This document shows positions 12,001 through 24,975 of a stretch of DNA of 64,000 bases, piece by piece; position 1 is the first letter of the stretch, and the number at the start of each line of letters is the position of its first letter. The notes beneath the pieces are model-generated. The model made no database searches, was not told the origin of the DNA, and worked only from the letters and a program-made list of their open reading frames with translations. The position numbers and the translations under genes are program-made. Origin of the DNA: Ascidiella aspersa (Eukaryota); assembly GCA_963924565.1 (NCBI GenBank), contig OZ004609.1, positions 31,186,001-31,250,000 of the forward strand, written 5' to 3'.

Positions 12001-15000
12001 TTACGTCATCATCGCGTCGTCGGAGCGCGCTGTGACGTGCTGCAAATATTTTATGACGTAGTTGCGCGCGAAGTTGTTGTCCCAGTACTCGCGGTTGGTC
12101 CGCTGGAGGCGGTATTGCACCGCCAGCTGGATCTGGCCGCCTCCAATCATGCTCGGTGGCGCCACCAGGTGGAAGGAGAACTGGTCTTGGTTGCACTCGG
12201 GAAGGCTTCCAACGAAGCAAGCTGGGATGTCGTCGTACGACCTGGGTGGTGAAGGAGACGACGGGATTAGACAAGGTTTCACGATTTGGGTTTTTTTATT
12301 TAACGTTAAAATAAAATGGGTATATTTTTTGGTTGCTTTTATTTTCTACCCATAAGTTTTTATTCTGAGTTTCTTGCCTTGGAAAAGAAAACAATGCGTT
12401 TAGGTGTTTTTCGGATTCGTGTACCTGATAGCGTAGGGTTGCCACAATTTTGTGAAAAAAATTCATTCAAAGACTTTTCAAACAAAAATTTGTAGCCTTT
12501 TAAAGACCTAAAATTGGATCGTTCGACGTTTTTTAATATAATTCGAAAACAAAACAGTTTTTTAATGTGATGGTGAATACAATTAAAACACATTTTTGAA
12601 ATGTTTTTTTCAACGGTATTTTTTTAACGCATAACTTAAGCTGTACTTAAGAAGTTACACAATTTAAGTATTATTTAAAAAAGCTGTACAATAAGTTAAA
12701 AGACTATTCAAAGGTTTTTGAAAACACACAGGGTGTTTAATAGACTTTCCAACACGAAATTCGCTTCAAAGATATTGAAAGACTTTGAGTCAACCCTGTT
12801 CCGCAAAAACGAGTTAGAATAAAACAAACATTTTAATAGACGGAAAGAAAAACTTGGTTTTACGTCTCAATCATTCCTTCGGGCGGCACTTGCGCCTTTA
12901 AGGTTTTGGGTAGGCAAGGCAAAGCATGAGTTTGTAGAAAAATTAAAAAAATGTGATGAAAGCATGTGTTATTATTGTTAAGTTCATTCTACTTTTTTGT
13001 TTAAATTGACAAGTTTTCTGACTGAATAACAAACATTTAGGTGTTCATCTGTATCTGAAAGATGTGGATGATTTTTTTTAAATCAAATAGAACCAATATT
13101 TGCAAACAAATTCGTTGACTCGCTTATTGTGTAATTTTAAAATTGTTTTAACTAAAACTTATAAACAGCACTGGACGCATTGTAATAAATAAACGCGAAT
13201 CAGAAGTTCAATTTAATTTTTGATGGCAGACCAAAACGCTCAACTAACGCGCGAGCCTAGAGTCATCAGTGAATTTTAGGAGGTAATTACAAAAAGGTTC
13301 TAATATTAGTTTATTCTCGGCCGGACTTGCCGGTAGCTCTAAAGACCAGAAAAAAGTGTCCTGAGTTGATTAAAGTTCCCATAGCATAGCTATGTGGCCG
13401 TCATTTGACCCACCGCCAACCGTCGGTCGTGTAGCGGATAATAACTTGCTTCTCAAACTCGATGTTGACAACTCGAACGATTCCGGTTACTGAGAGAGAG
13501 TTGGGCGTCACTGCAACGCTCTCCAGGCAAACCAGCTGGCCCGAGATCCTGTGGAATGTAAATATTTTATTGTTTAAATTCTGCTGCTCGACTAATTTAG
13601 TTTACGCAAAAGGCTTTCCCAGTGGGAAGTAAATGTTTTTTCGTTTAAGGTCCGTTGCTCGGTTACACTAACTCAGTTTGGGAAAACGTGAATTTTAAAC
13701 ACACAATCCTCTTTTTTTTTCATTTTCGTCAGATCTGTTTTAACACTTTCGTTTTTTTATTGCTGAAAGGGAGAGATGTTAGTAGCCCCTTTATTCGGTT
13801 AAAGTCATATAGGGTATTTTGTTTCTTCAACAACGGTTGTCGTTCAAAGTCTGCTAATCGGTTACAATAATTCAGTTTACGTAAAGGTAAAACACAAAAT
13901 CGTACTTTTTTTCTCATTTTCCTAGAATCTGTTTTAACACTTTTATTTCCTTTTTGCTGGAAGTAGCAGAGCTTAGTAGGCCATTCATTCGGTTAAGTCG
14001 TATATGGAGGTATTTTGTTTCTTAAACAACGGTTGTCGTTCAAAGTCTGCTGGTCGGTGACACTAATTCAGTTTAAGAAAACATGATTTGTTAAACACTT
14101 GCATTTTTTTCTCATTTTTGTCGAATCTATTTCAACGATTTAGTTTTCCAATTGCTGGAAGGTCAGTAGCCCTTTATTCCGGTCAAGATCGTAGCGTATG
14201 GAGGTATTTTGTTTCGAACAATTATTTTAAACTTATATGTTGTTTTTAATCTAAAAACATCAGTCAATTTTAAGGCCCGGGAAGAATTTATTTTGTTTCC
14301 TTAAACGGGATCGTTTAATTTAACGCAATTTAGTGCACTGTGAAACTATAATTCGATTAACCTATGCTCAAACAAGCATAATTTTATATTAGTAAAAATA
14401 CAGAAAAACTATATGTCTCCACGGCTGTAAAATCATCTCTTCAGCTACCAAAATAGGTGAAATTAATTTTTACCGAAAGTGCAAACACTAAACAGTTAAC
14501 CAGCTAAACAAAAATAAAATGCAATTGCGGGTGATTTCACCGGCCATTGACAACCCCAGGAAAGCGCGAGAGAGTGGTTATGTGTAAAGTCACCTTTGTT
14601 GAAAGGAAGGCTCGAGAAAGGGCTGTCGGAACTGTGGGGAGAGGGTGAAGCAAGAAATGTGGTTGCTGAGCGCGCCGGCTGTGTACAAGGTTGGCGAGAC
14701 GAGATTGTTGTCATTATTTCCCTGCATTTCGGCGCGAATCTTTTGCAACGCCTGGAAAGGTAAAAGTCAAGCTAGTGTGAGATTTGCTGGCCAAGGAAGT
14801 GCTCTTTGGAAGGCGTTTTTTGGGCAGGGTTGACGCTGGGTATTGCATCTGAATAACAATTGAATAAACAACGGCATAAATGAAAAGAGAAGTCAGGAAA
14901 AGTCATTCACACCTTTGTTTGAGCACAGTTTCTTAAAACTATTTAAAAAAATGTATTCCATCAAATCATAAATGGTAACTTGCAAGCGCAACAGGTTGAT

Positions 15001-18000
15001 TCTATTACAGTTAAAAAATATAATTTTGCAATCCTTTGACGTGTAATAATCAATAATTTCCCTAGTACCAAAGGGTTAAGAGTTGTTTTACTGACGTTAC
15101 TGATTATGCAGAAACGTTGTTACAATAAAACCTGTTAATCCTACTTTCAATCCATACATGCGTATGAAAAATTTAGCTTAGACTTTCAAGTCACGAAGCA
15201 TGTCATTACATCAATATTATTTGGCATATCAACCTACGACTTTTCAAACCTAAGACCTACGACTTTTTCAACCTACGACTTTTTAAACCTTTGCCAAATC
15301 GGTTTAACAATCAACCAGATGTTTTAGTATGGCCTTTTCCGAGTGGGGCTAACAAAAAACAGACACCTTAGAAAAACCAGAAACATTTCACTCCAAAAAT
15401 CGCAACCGTCTTGCTACGTGACCTTGAAAGTCGCGACTCCAGACGACAGAGGTCGACAGAGAAGTGTTGACAAATTTAGCTCCAAAGCCGCGTCAATCGA
15501 AACAGCCATCACGTCTTATCTCCCACCAAGACGCCCCTCTGGCACAACTGCGACATTTCTACAGACTCGAGTATTGCTCGATTATAACGCTTGCTTGGGC
15601 AACGATAGAACAGCGGGGCGTCCAAGTTCAACTATGATGGGATTGGACAACGCGACGACGATGGAATTGGTTGCTTTGTCGCATAAGCTCTACTGGCAAA
15701 TGACAGTGATGATTTTTCTAAAAACTCATCTGAATTTACCTAACGATTGCAATGCAATTATCATATTTGGTATGAGATGCGAAAAGTAACAATGTAACAA
15801 AAATACACTTCAGTACTATTGCACCTATGACACTTTGCAGACATAGGGCGCTTAAAATTTAAAACCATCAGACAAAGTAAAAAAATATCCTGCTTTGCTT
15901 AATTTAACAGCCGATTAATCCCTATGCAAGTGAAAACAACGTCTTTTGAGTTGAATCTAAATCGACGAAGGGTATGGGTAGCTATTCTAAAACCGATATT
16001 AGTAATTAACAGAGAGTGCCAGTAACTATTCAGAACAAATACGAAGAGTTTTAGTTACTGAAAAAGTTTACCGCGTGCCTTGTGTCTGGCTTTGCGTAAA
16101 AACGGGCAAGAGCCCTGGCATTTCAATACCGAACTCAAAAAAGCTGTTTCTGGTCTTCCCCAATAAGCCTCAGACAGGGACACTTCCACAGTCCGCAACT
16201 GGGTTTAAATTGTGAAGCACCTACTCGTCGCCAACTGACATGCAATCGAATTTCGTGGTTTATATAAACGGAAACGTCGTGCAAAGAATCGTCAATCTTT
16301 CTACACTTGCATTTTACGTTTTCCTACTTTACAATTTTTTAGTAAATTTAATTACAAAACATTTAAAAAAAAATATCCAGATAAAGTACGCGGTTGTGCG
16401 AAAGCTTGTCACGATTTTGACGCAATTTGTCGTTGAACAGTGTTTTTTGATTTTCACATTTACAATTAGACAAATACGACTATTTACATGGATTGAAAAT
16501 AACACGATTTTGAAACCACTGATATCACTCTTTCAAAAAATAAAACAAATTCCAATAAACTGAAAATATGTTCTTCTGGTATTTATATGTTTGTCCGATG
16601 TTTGGGATAACTATCCAGGAAGCATTCATCAGAGAATGTAACACACCACGCCCAACAAACTAGTTAGTTAAACCGTTGGACAAACAAATAAATACCAGAG
16701 GAACTTATTTTCAGTAAATTGCTATCTGTTTGCTTTATTGAAATTTAATATCAGTGGCTTCCACAAGATCGTGACATTTTTTTTTTCAGTAAATACTATG
16801 CCTTGGTAGCAACAGTATATTAATTAAACAAATAGCACGATGCTTGCTTTTTTAACACAGCGAAAAAAATCCACGAATTTCTCGAGGTTCGCGAATTACC
16901 TCGAGCAGTCGCGGCGGTGTAATGTCTTCGTCCAGCTCCTTGCAGAAGGGGATCTTGATTTCAAGCTCAAAGCCCTTAGTGTCGGCGAAGTGAACCGACT
17001 TGCGTCTCCGCAACTTAGGCCGGCCTCTAGGACCATCCGACGCCGGTTCGGCCTTTGATTTCCAGCTGCCTTCGGAATAGGACCGCGCCACAGAATGGTG
17101 ACATGAGGTGGTTGTGGTCTTGGTAGTCCAACTGCGCTCGGCGGCCACCACTCGCTCGCTCGACATCGTTTGGCTAAATACGATAGGAATTTAGTATTAG
17201 AAAAGGGTTTTTGCCGACGCCGCCATGGCCGCTGTTAGGAGATGGACTGATACACGGTAGAAAGTGAGATAGGGGAACAAACGCTCAGTAATACTAAGCT
17301 TGGGGCGGATACTCGATACAGGATCGTGGAATAAGTATTCCGATTTTCTATTGCAGGTGTGGCCAACTTATATTTGATTGCGATCGACTGAAATATTTTT
17401 TAGACATCGGTCGCCTGGTTCGATAAAAAAGTCGCAAGAACACTTAAACATTTTGAGCGTTAATTGCATTTAAAGCCAGCGATGAAGGTTAATTTGTTAC
17501 GTCAAAGAACGCTTTAGTTGGCTTGTCCAGACATCAAATGGTCATCCCGCTTGTGAGCGACAGCTACCGTAACTAATAACGTAACACACATTAGACGCCA
17601 TTGACAACGTGAAATGTTGCGATCGACCGGTATATCGCGCTCGAAGTGTTGGCTACCCCTGTAATTTATATGGTATTGTTGCCGATCTGATACTTGATAA
17701 AAGAAGGAAATTTGAACTTTGCAAGAGACGGCGCACCTTTCCGCGTAGGATATAAAGTAAAGTAAAGTCAAATTAAAAAATATTTGGCTGAACAATAGTT
17801 ATCCAAAACCTTTGTAAATAAAAAAAATTGTAATTAAATAATTGGCATTGGACGAAATATCCAACTAATACGACAACAACGAGAGTTTGTAAACCAGTTT
17901 GAATCCAAAATAGTTTACAGTGCATATTTTAGGCCGCGTGGAGGCAGTAGGTAGTAAGAAATGGGGCAACGATCTGTAGAATTTGTAAGATGAAGTCCGA

Positions 18001-19359
18001 CATTCGACATAATTACACACTACAACAGTCGTAAAACTCGCTCGCAAAACGCGAAAGATTTGCTAACATAGTAAAAACTAAAACAGACATACGATAATTT
18101 TCTTTGTTGAAAGTAGTAATGGTTGGTTTTGAGTACGTAAAAAATTATTTCTATACCTATACTATACTACTTGTTTTTTATCACACGAAATACCGAAATA
18201 ATCAAGGATATACATAATTCCATCGTTATTAATAATTTATATTTGAACTTCCAACCCACACTTAGGAAATAGCATTCAATATCTTTATTTGAAATATATT
18301 TATAAGTTATTTACCATTTTCTTTCACTCGCAAACCTTTCAAAAGAACATACAACTCACCTTTTCATAAATTTATAAAGTTTTACCAGCAATAGAAATGC
18401 AAAAAATGGTATAAAACTGCTACCCTCTTGCACAATATTTAGCCACATTTGTTGATTAATGTGCTGACAGGCCTAACTGAACATGTTTAACAGGCAAAAA
18501 AAGAGAATAAACTAGCGTAACAAGTAAAAATCAAACAGTAAACCGAAGCTTCTGCCCTCCTTACCAACTAGAAACATTTAATAAATTACACTCACGCGTT
18601 GTCCTGGCATTCGTTGTTCAGGTTAGAGTCGGCAGTTCGGATTTCTGCGAGTGTGTGGCGACGCATTTGACAGACGTCAACGTCAAAGCTGAGCTGGACT
18701 TCGCACATCGAGATTGATTCGCCAACTGCGGCGGCGGTGGGGGTGCAAGGTTCCGCGTCATCAGCAATGACGTCATCAGCAATGACGTCATCCACGCGCT
18801 CAAACACATCGTTCTCGTCGCGCAGTACGGCGGACACCCGTGCCGTAATCAGCTCGTCGCATTGGTGGCGCGTTTCTTGGAAATTCCAGTCGCTAGGTTC
18901 AACGGCGCTGTCGCTTTCATCGCTCCCGTTGTTGCTTTCATCGTCGGCACTGGTTTTCAGGTTGTCGCCTGTAACGTTTTGCAGCGGTTCGATTTCGGAT
19001 TCAGGCCCAGGACAGGCGGCGTCGCCCCTGGTCGGCCCGCCCGTTAAGCAGCAGCGGCGATCGGCATTGCGCTCGCGCTGAGTGAACAAGTCGGTGAGCG
19101 ACCGAGTCTTGGTGACGCGGTAGCAGCCGTCGGCCAGGTAAAAGTCGTCCAGGTTTTGCAGGCGGCTCGGCGCGCTGTTTCGCATCGGCTGCGTAACGCG
19201 TACTGTGGCGCGATGCTGAAGCGGCTGCTGCTGCTGTAGGTGCAAGGCTGAGGGTGCTGGACGCTGCTGTCGCCTGAACTTGGCCTCTTCGAAGCAGACC
19301 AACAGGCTGCCGCCGAGAACGCTATCAGTCAAGTTGGACTGGCTGGCCGCGTGCAACAT
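12001..19359 (-). CDS. Protein phosphatase 1 glycogen-targeting regulatory subunit (PPP1R3 family, CBM21 domain), ~523 aa; exons 19359-18596, 17173-16900, 14751-14594, 13548-13414, 12241-12001
   Basis: All junctions are GT-AG and phase-compatible (1572 nt in total). Motifs: RVxF RRRKSVHFAD, linker FRQP...FQQRISGQLVCLE, glycogen-binding GIVRVVNIEFEKQVIIRYTTDGWRSY, substrate-binding YWDNNFARNY. The start is uncertain: an acceptor at 19429 could join an upstream exon such as mini-exon 19619-19603 (MVFVGR). Confidence 0.92.
13655..14215. repeat. Degenerate tandem repeat, three units of ~195-200 bp, in a PPP1R3 intron
   Basis: CGGT(T/G)ACA(C/A)TAA(C/T)TCAGTTT starts at ~13660, 13859 and 14056; shared AGTAGCCC-TTTATTCGGT and GGTATTTTGTTTC blocks. 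Confidence 0.85.
17354..17661. mobile_element. Degenerate MITE (TIR CAGGTGTGGCCAAC / GTTGGCTACCCCTG)
   Basis: Imperfect 14-bp TIRs; no TSD recognisable. Confidence 0.5.
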
Positions 19360-19652
19360 TATAGTAACGGCAGTGGCAACAATTCTTGTAGGCAAGCATA
19401 GCCTTTCCTTACGACAAGATGCTACACACCTGGCGAAAGCTGGACGAGCGCAAAAAACAAGCAAAATTAGGTTTGTCGCTCATAATGTTAGGTTTTGCAT
19501 TCATACTGCTGAACTGTGACGTTTAAAATTCTACTATGACATAACAAACGTTTACTGCTCCAGCTGTAAGGTTCCTCACAGTTGTAAATAAAATCTGCTT
19601 ACCTACCTACGAATACCATAATGAAGGGCTAGGCATATATAATTAAAAAATG

Positions 19653-19860
19653 GGCGCTGGTCTAGAATTCTACCACATTTATTTTAACACTAACGAAGCG
19701 AGTTGTCAAAGTTCAAATTGCAAGAAAGGCACAAATAAGAATAAATATGATAATAATACTTGACCCACACAAGCCCAAACGCTAACTCTCACCCTAACCC
19801 AAATAATGTAAGCAATATAAACCCCCAGGCGAAAATGCGGTAGGATTCTAGACCAGCGCC
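19653..19860. mobile_element. Non-autonomous element with ~28-bp inverted termini and an internal ACCCTAACCC motif
   Basis: GGCGCTGGTCTAGAATTCTACCACATTT versus AAATGCGGTAGGATTCTAGACCAGCGCC (2 mismatches). Confidence 0.75.
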
Positions 19861-21682
19861 AAAAAATGAAATAGTACATAAAAATAACTCTGCATGCTGT
19901 CACCATAGCACAACAACAAAAAAAAGGCTTTACGTTGCCTTAACTACCGCAGGGTATTTAAACATTTTAAATACAGCCCAACTGCTTAAATACACACTTC
20001 CGCTAGTATTTGCAGCAACTAGACAGCAATGAAACCTTCACATGCGCACCTACGGTAAAACGCCGGTGACTGAGACGCCAAGCTGGCTTTCATTTGAACA
20101 AAACCGCGCAGAATAGCTTAGCCCACACCGGTTCAGGTGTACATTAAGCAAGTCGCAGGGGCAAAGCGTTCGGGTACGAGTGAATTTCCGCCATTGCTGT
20201 TTGCTGCCTAGGCTCGTTCTCTCAAGGCAGAATCGATTTCCAAGGACGAAACCGCAGCGTGCCTTCTTCCCAAGGACACGCAAACACGCCACTTTGATAA
20301 ACCGAGTTTTGTGGATTGCCCGGGTTGGATAAACAAAACAAACAAACGCAGGTAACGTGATTTGACGCGCCGGCTAATCGTGTAATTTGGCCATTTGGTC
20401 ATGCTTTTTCAGATGACTCCCGATTATGAACAACATTATCCAGAACTCGAAGTGAAATAGTCTAAAAAAATGCTTTATTCACAAAAAAACGCATTTTTTA
20501 TACAAGATCTGATCAGTTTTATACGTTTGCAGTGTTGATTAAGTGCCCCAGACCGTCTATGCCAGAATTGGATGCACTCTAAAGGTTTTGACCTTCACTG
20601 TTACAATTAAACGCACAAACCACGCAGTTTTAGATAACGTTGAAATGTAAATTCCAGAGTCTTGCTAATTGCTGTACTGCTGCGACAATTGGAATCAATA
20701 ACCCAGGTTTCTCACGAAAAATCGATGGCTGTTGACTTTTAAGCCAAGGCCAATTAACAGCCTGCATAGCTCATGGTATTGCGTATCGAAGGATAACGAA
20801 ATGGGCAAAGTCGTGCTTGGAAAATTGAAAGACCGGCAGCCCAATTTAAACCATTGGGTTTCCTATGATGCATTAAGTGTTTTTCAATGGATCCCATTAA
20901 CGGATGCTGCAACAATGGGCACCAAAGCAACGCTAAACAAGGAAAGTTTAAAAAATAAATCAAATAAGGTTCCAAAGAACAAATTCCATGTTGAGCCATA
21001 AACGGTAGTGCAAAAGAGGGACAATAAACAACTTTAGATTGCGCATCTTAATATATTTCTGTCCACCTAATGTTATTTGTTATCTGTTTGCAACGGGTGT
21101 TGGTTAGGGTTATGGTTGTTAACTATTTATGATGGACATGATTCAAATCGAAAGCCACAGTGTCAACGAACGACTAAACGCCAAGAATGTAAATCACATG
21201 TCGTCAACCGACGAATAAACATTTACACGATTCGACCCTGTTAATGGAAAACTACCAGAAATGGACCAAAAAGTATACATCATGCTTCGGTAAAAAAGAG
21301 GGCATAAGCATTTGTTTCGGTTTTAAAACTAGATTTTGTCTTAATCTACAAAAAATATTTATCAAATATAACACTTTTTATTACCCAAGTGCCTGCCTTT
21401 TTTTTGCCTTAACTAGCAGTGGTTATGGTGACAAAGAGAAAGACAATTTTGCAAGTACAAAACAGCAAGCAAAACTTTGCTTGCACGAAATTGGGACAAA
21501 AATACAATAAAAATAGTTTAATTTTTATTTCCTAAGTTGTTTTGCAACTTTAATACCGAAAAGAAATCATTCGCAAGCCGAAAAAGTTAGCCAACTTGCT
21601 GCTAAAATGACCTACAGCCTTCAAGGAGAGAAACTAGTCGTAATGCGGTTTAGCCTTCCGCCATTTTGTTTCGTCACAGAAA

Positions 21683-21760
21683 ATCGCTACCTTATTTATC
21701 GGTAACTGATCGCTACCTTATTTATCGGTAACTGATCGCTACCTTATTTATTGTTACCTG
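21683..21760. repeat. 26-bp tandem repeat, 3 copies
   Basis: ATCGCTACCTTATTTATCGGTAACTG twice, plus one diverged copy. Confidence 0.9.
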
Positions 21761-22402
21761 AAAACATGAACTGTGTCATAATGACATCTACATTCTACAT
21801 TTGCGTTAAATTCGTATCCACGAATAACGTTTATACAATTTGAAGAAGATTGTTCAAAACAAGCTGTTCTTTATGACGCGGTCGGTTTGTACTGCTGAAG
21901 AAAATTTTCATTGGCATTTCACGATACAAGCTTACACAAAAAACGTTTTACACATAAAGAAATTAGACATTAGAAATATAGGTTAACCCAACCAAGAATA
22001 TGTCCAAAATAACCTAGATTTGACAATAAATATTAGGAATTAAAATCAATCAATATTTACCATATAAATTCCCGTGGTTTTATAAATATGATTTTTCGGT
22101 CACGTTACATTTTTAATAGGTGTATTTAAAACATTAACGTTTTATAAATGATTTTTTTTTAAATCTCGCTTTTTAACTTCTTTTGATTGAAATGCCCGAA
22201 CAGGTGAATTTTATGTTATTTGCAAATTCTCTACATTCACAGAAGCCTATCTTAAATGATTATAATAGCATTCTAACTGTAAATCAAAATTTAATAAAAT
22301 AGTTAAATGTACTGCACAATTATTATAGCTTTATGCCATCATCAAGTGATAAAACTACACATTTACAATTTTTTAAAACAAATCACACGGTATTAATTAA
22401 GC

Positions 22403-22727
22403 CAGCGGTTCTCAACCAGTGGGCCATGAAAACATTTGAGGTGGGCCACAGACCAATTTAAAAAAGATACATTTAGTTTCGTTTGTGTCACTATACATAA
22501 TTTTAAAGGAATAATGGCTTGGGCAGGAATTAAAAAGGAATGTAAATTTATTGTTCAGCAACAAGTGTCTCATTAATGCACGGCTGAATAAATAATCTGT
22601 TTTCAAATATGTTCTGATGTGTTGTTGCAAACCTATTTTACCGTTTTCTTTCATAAAAATTTATTGGGGCACAGAATTTTTTTGCAACGTAAATGGGCAA
22701 CGAAAGAAAAAAGGTTGAGAACCACTG
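22403..22727. mobile_element. hAT-type MITE
   Basis: TIR CAGCGGTTCTCAACC / GGTTGAGAACCACTG; perfect 8-bp TSD AATTAAGC. Confidence 0.92.
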
Positions 22728-24033
22728 AATTAAGCAAACGCTGTGGGCCTAAAACTTTTTGACCGTTTAACATTTCAACTATAGGATTGTTTTAGTCCAT
22801 TTATATATGCCAAAATAATCAAATAAAGTCAAAACAATGAAATAATGCACATAACGAAACAGTGCATAATAAAAAATAAACCATCTGCCGCTATCTATCA
22901 CCAGAAAAAAAAGGTTTGGCGTGGACAATTCTGAGACAGATTTATACCAAGTTGCCTAACGTCAAGCAAAACATTTTTATGAATCTTTAAGATAAAAGCC
23001 TATTTTTTTAAATTCAATTTTGGAATTACTGATCATCTAACGCATGGATGGCGAACCAATGTCCCACCACAGATTTTTAATGACCCACTTTGTTTTCCGC
23101 GACGAAAAAAGTTTGCCGACTACCGCTTTAAGGGAAATTAAGCGTTCGCAGACTAAAAGTTCTAAAAACTAAAAACCCTGGTTAAGCCATGCTGAAAAGC
23201 TTTCTGCTGAACTCCTGTAATCCTATAAAAAACTCTGCAGCATTTGTTAACTATTTAGCTTCTTAATATTTGTGTGAATCCGAATTTGGAAATCAGCCAA
23301 AAACCTTGAATTACCAACCCAGACAATAACACTTGAAATGCCGCACAGCAGAGTTTCGCAAAAAATAAGCAAATAATTAAATATATGACCCACTTTTTCA
23401 ATGACGCTATCGCGTAAAAATAGAAAATGTATTGGTCATTTCGTTATTTGGCGGCGTGTGAATCACTATTTCATATATTAGCAAACGCAGTCAAAATATC
23501 GGCATACTGTGTAATAAAATTATAGGCTGTTTGAACATATGAGATGTGATTCAAGCAGCGAAAATGAGTAAAAACACCAAACAGTATAGCTTTTAGGAAA
23601 ACATCGTGACCCCTAAAGTGCATTACATAGACCAGAAGAGGCATTTTGTTTCACGCAAGCCTCATTTCAAAATTCCGAAGTTTAGAGCCGCAGGTAGATG
23701 AGGTTTGTTGGATTTTTTTACGAGCACAGTATGAATTTTAGGAGATTTTAATTATTTTTATGTTTCGAAACTTTTGTTGATGCGCAACCTTTTTAATACC
23801 AGTCATTTGGTAAAGGTATACAGCATATAAAATTAATCAAAAGTTCAACGCTATAATACTTGGAAAGAAATAGTTTAATTTTAATTAATTTTTTTCAGTG
23901 AAAAATATGCGTAACTATTTAAAAAGCGTGAGGTATTCATTTTTTTATTAATCCAAAACACATCTCTCGAAAGCGGTTCTATCCAATTTTGTTTTAAATC
24001 TTAATCGATTCTAGCTGTGTACAGGCCGTAAGC

Positions 24034-24975
24034 CAGGGGTTCCCAAACTTTTTACAATCTCGTACCACTTGGACGCTATGTACTGCCACGCGTACCACTT
24101 ATTTTAGAACAGTGGTTCCTAACCCCTTTTTCTACCGCGCCCCCTTTGGTAATTGTCCCGTGCCTTGTGTCCCCTTTTAGATATTAAACAATAATACTAA
24201 TTTAACTCTTCGTGGTGCGAAGTGCGAAAAAAAATTGCGTTTATTTGTTTTGTATTGGCTCAACTTTAATTTGTGAGACACGCAAAAGTTGCTCGTTCTC
24301 GAAATATTGGTTTACATCGAGCTAATATTGACAGACGTGTTGTGAAAAAATAAAACATTGCGGTAATCGCGTTTTAAAAAGTGTGATGAAGCACAATGCA
24401 AAGGCTATTTACTGGAAATAACATTACAATTTGGCGCAAAAAAGCTCCCCCAATTAGTGTTGTGCAAAAAAAAGTAACTTGTAGTTTGCGCGAAGCGCAA
24501 AATTTTTAGTTTTGTTGTTATAATTGGCAAAACACAGTTTGTGGAGAGGGTGGCATGGTGCACAACTTAGATCTTCTTCAACCATGTCAAACTGCACCTA
24601 AGAATTGCTTGGCACCCCAGGTTGAAAAACAACGTTGTAGAACACCTATTTTGATCGAATCATATTTTATCTATTTTTAGCTTACAGCTAGCATTATTTG
24701 ATGCTACTGCAGATTAAGCTATAAAACATTAGATGATATGTATCAAGAGCAACTGTTTACATAATTAACGCCCACTGTCCCACAGCGTTGTACGGCTTTT
24801 TAAAGCAACAGCGCTGACCTGTAAATTTGAGGATCGTAATGCTACGCAACGATGAAAAGGCTTCGGGATTTTTTTTTTGGAAAAAATCAGAGAAAACGGA
24901 AGCTACTCGCGTACCACCTGAAAAACCTTCACGTATCACTATAGTGGTACGCGTACCACAGGTTGGGAACTCCTG
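24034..24975. mobile_element. hAT-type MITE (outer element of a nested pair)
   Basis: TIR CAGGGGTTCCCAA / TTGGGAACTCCTG; TSD CCGTAAGC/CCGTAGGG; CGTACCAC subterminal motifs at both ends. Confidence 0.85.
24110..24634. mobile_element. hAT-type MITE nested inside 24034-24975
   Basis: TIR CAGTGGTTCCTAACC / GGTTGAAAAACAACG (degenerate); TSD TTTTAGAA/TTGTAGAA. Confidence 0.7.

Noticed and set aside
13552-13562. miR-1-like TGGAATGTAAA
   Set aside because: Only an 11-nt match, no hairpin; it is the reverse complement of a PPP1R3 splice acceptor tract.
15343-15789. 148-aa plus-strand ORF in a PPP1R3 intron
   Set aside because: Non-ATG start, no recognisable domain or exon structure.
21683-21760. 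CRISPR-like array
   Set aside because: Direct tandem repeats without spacers, in a eukaryotic context.
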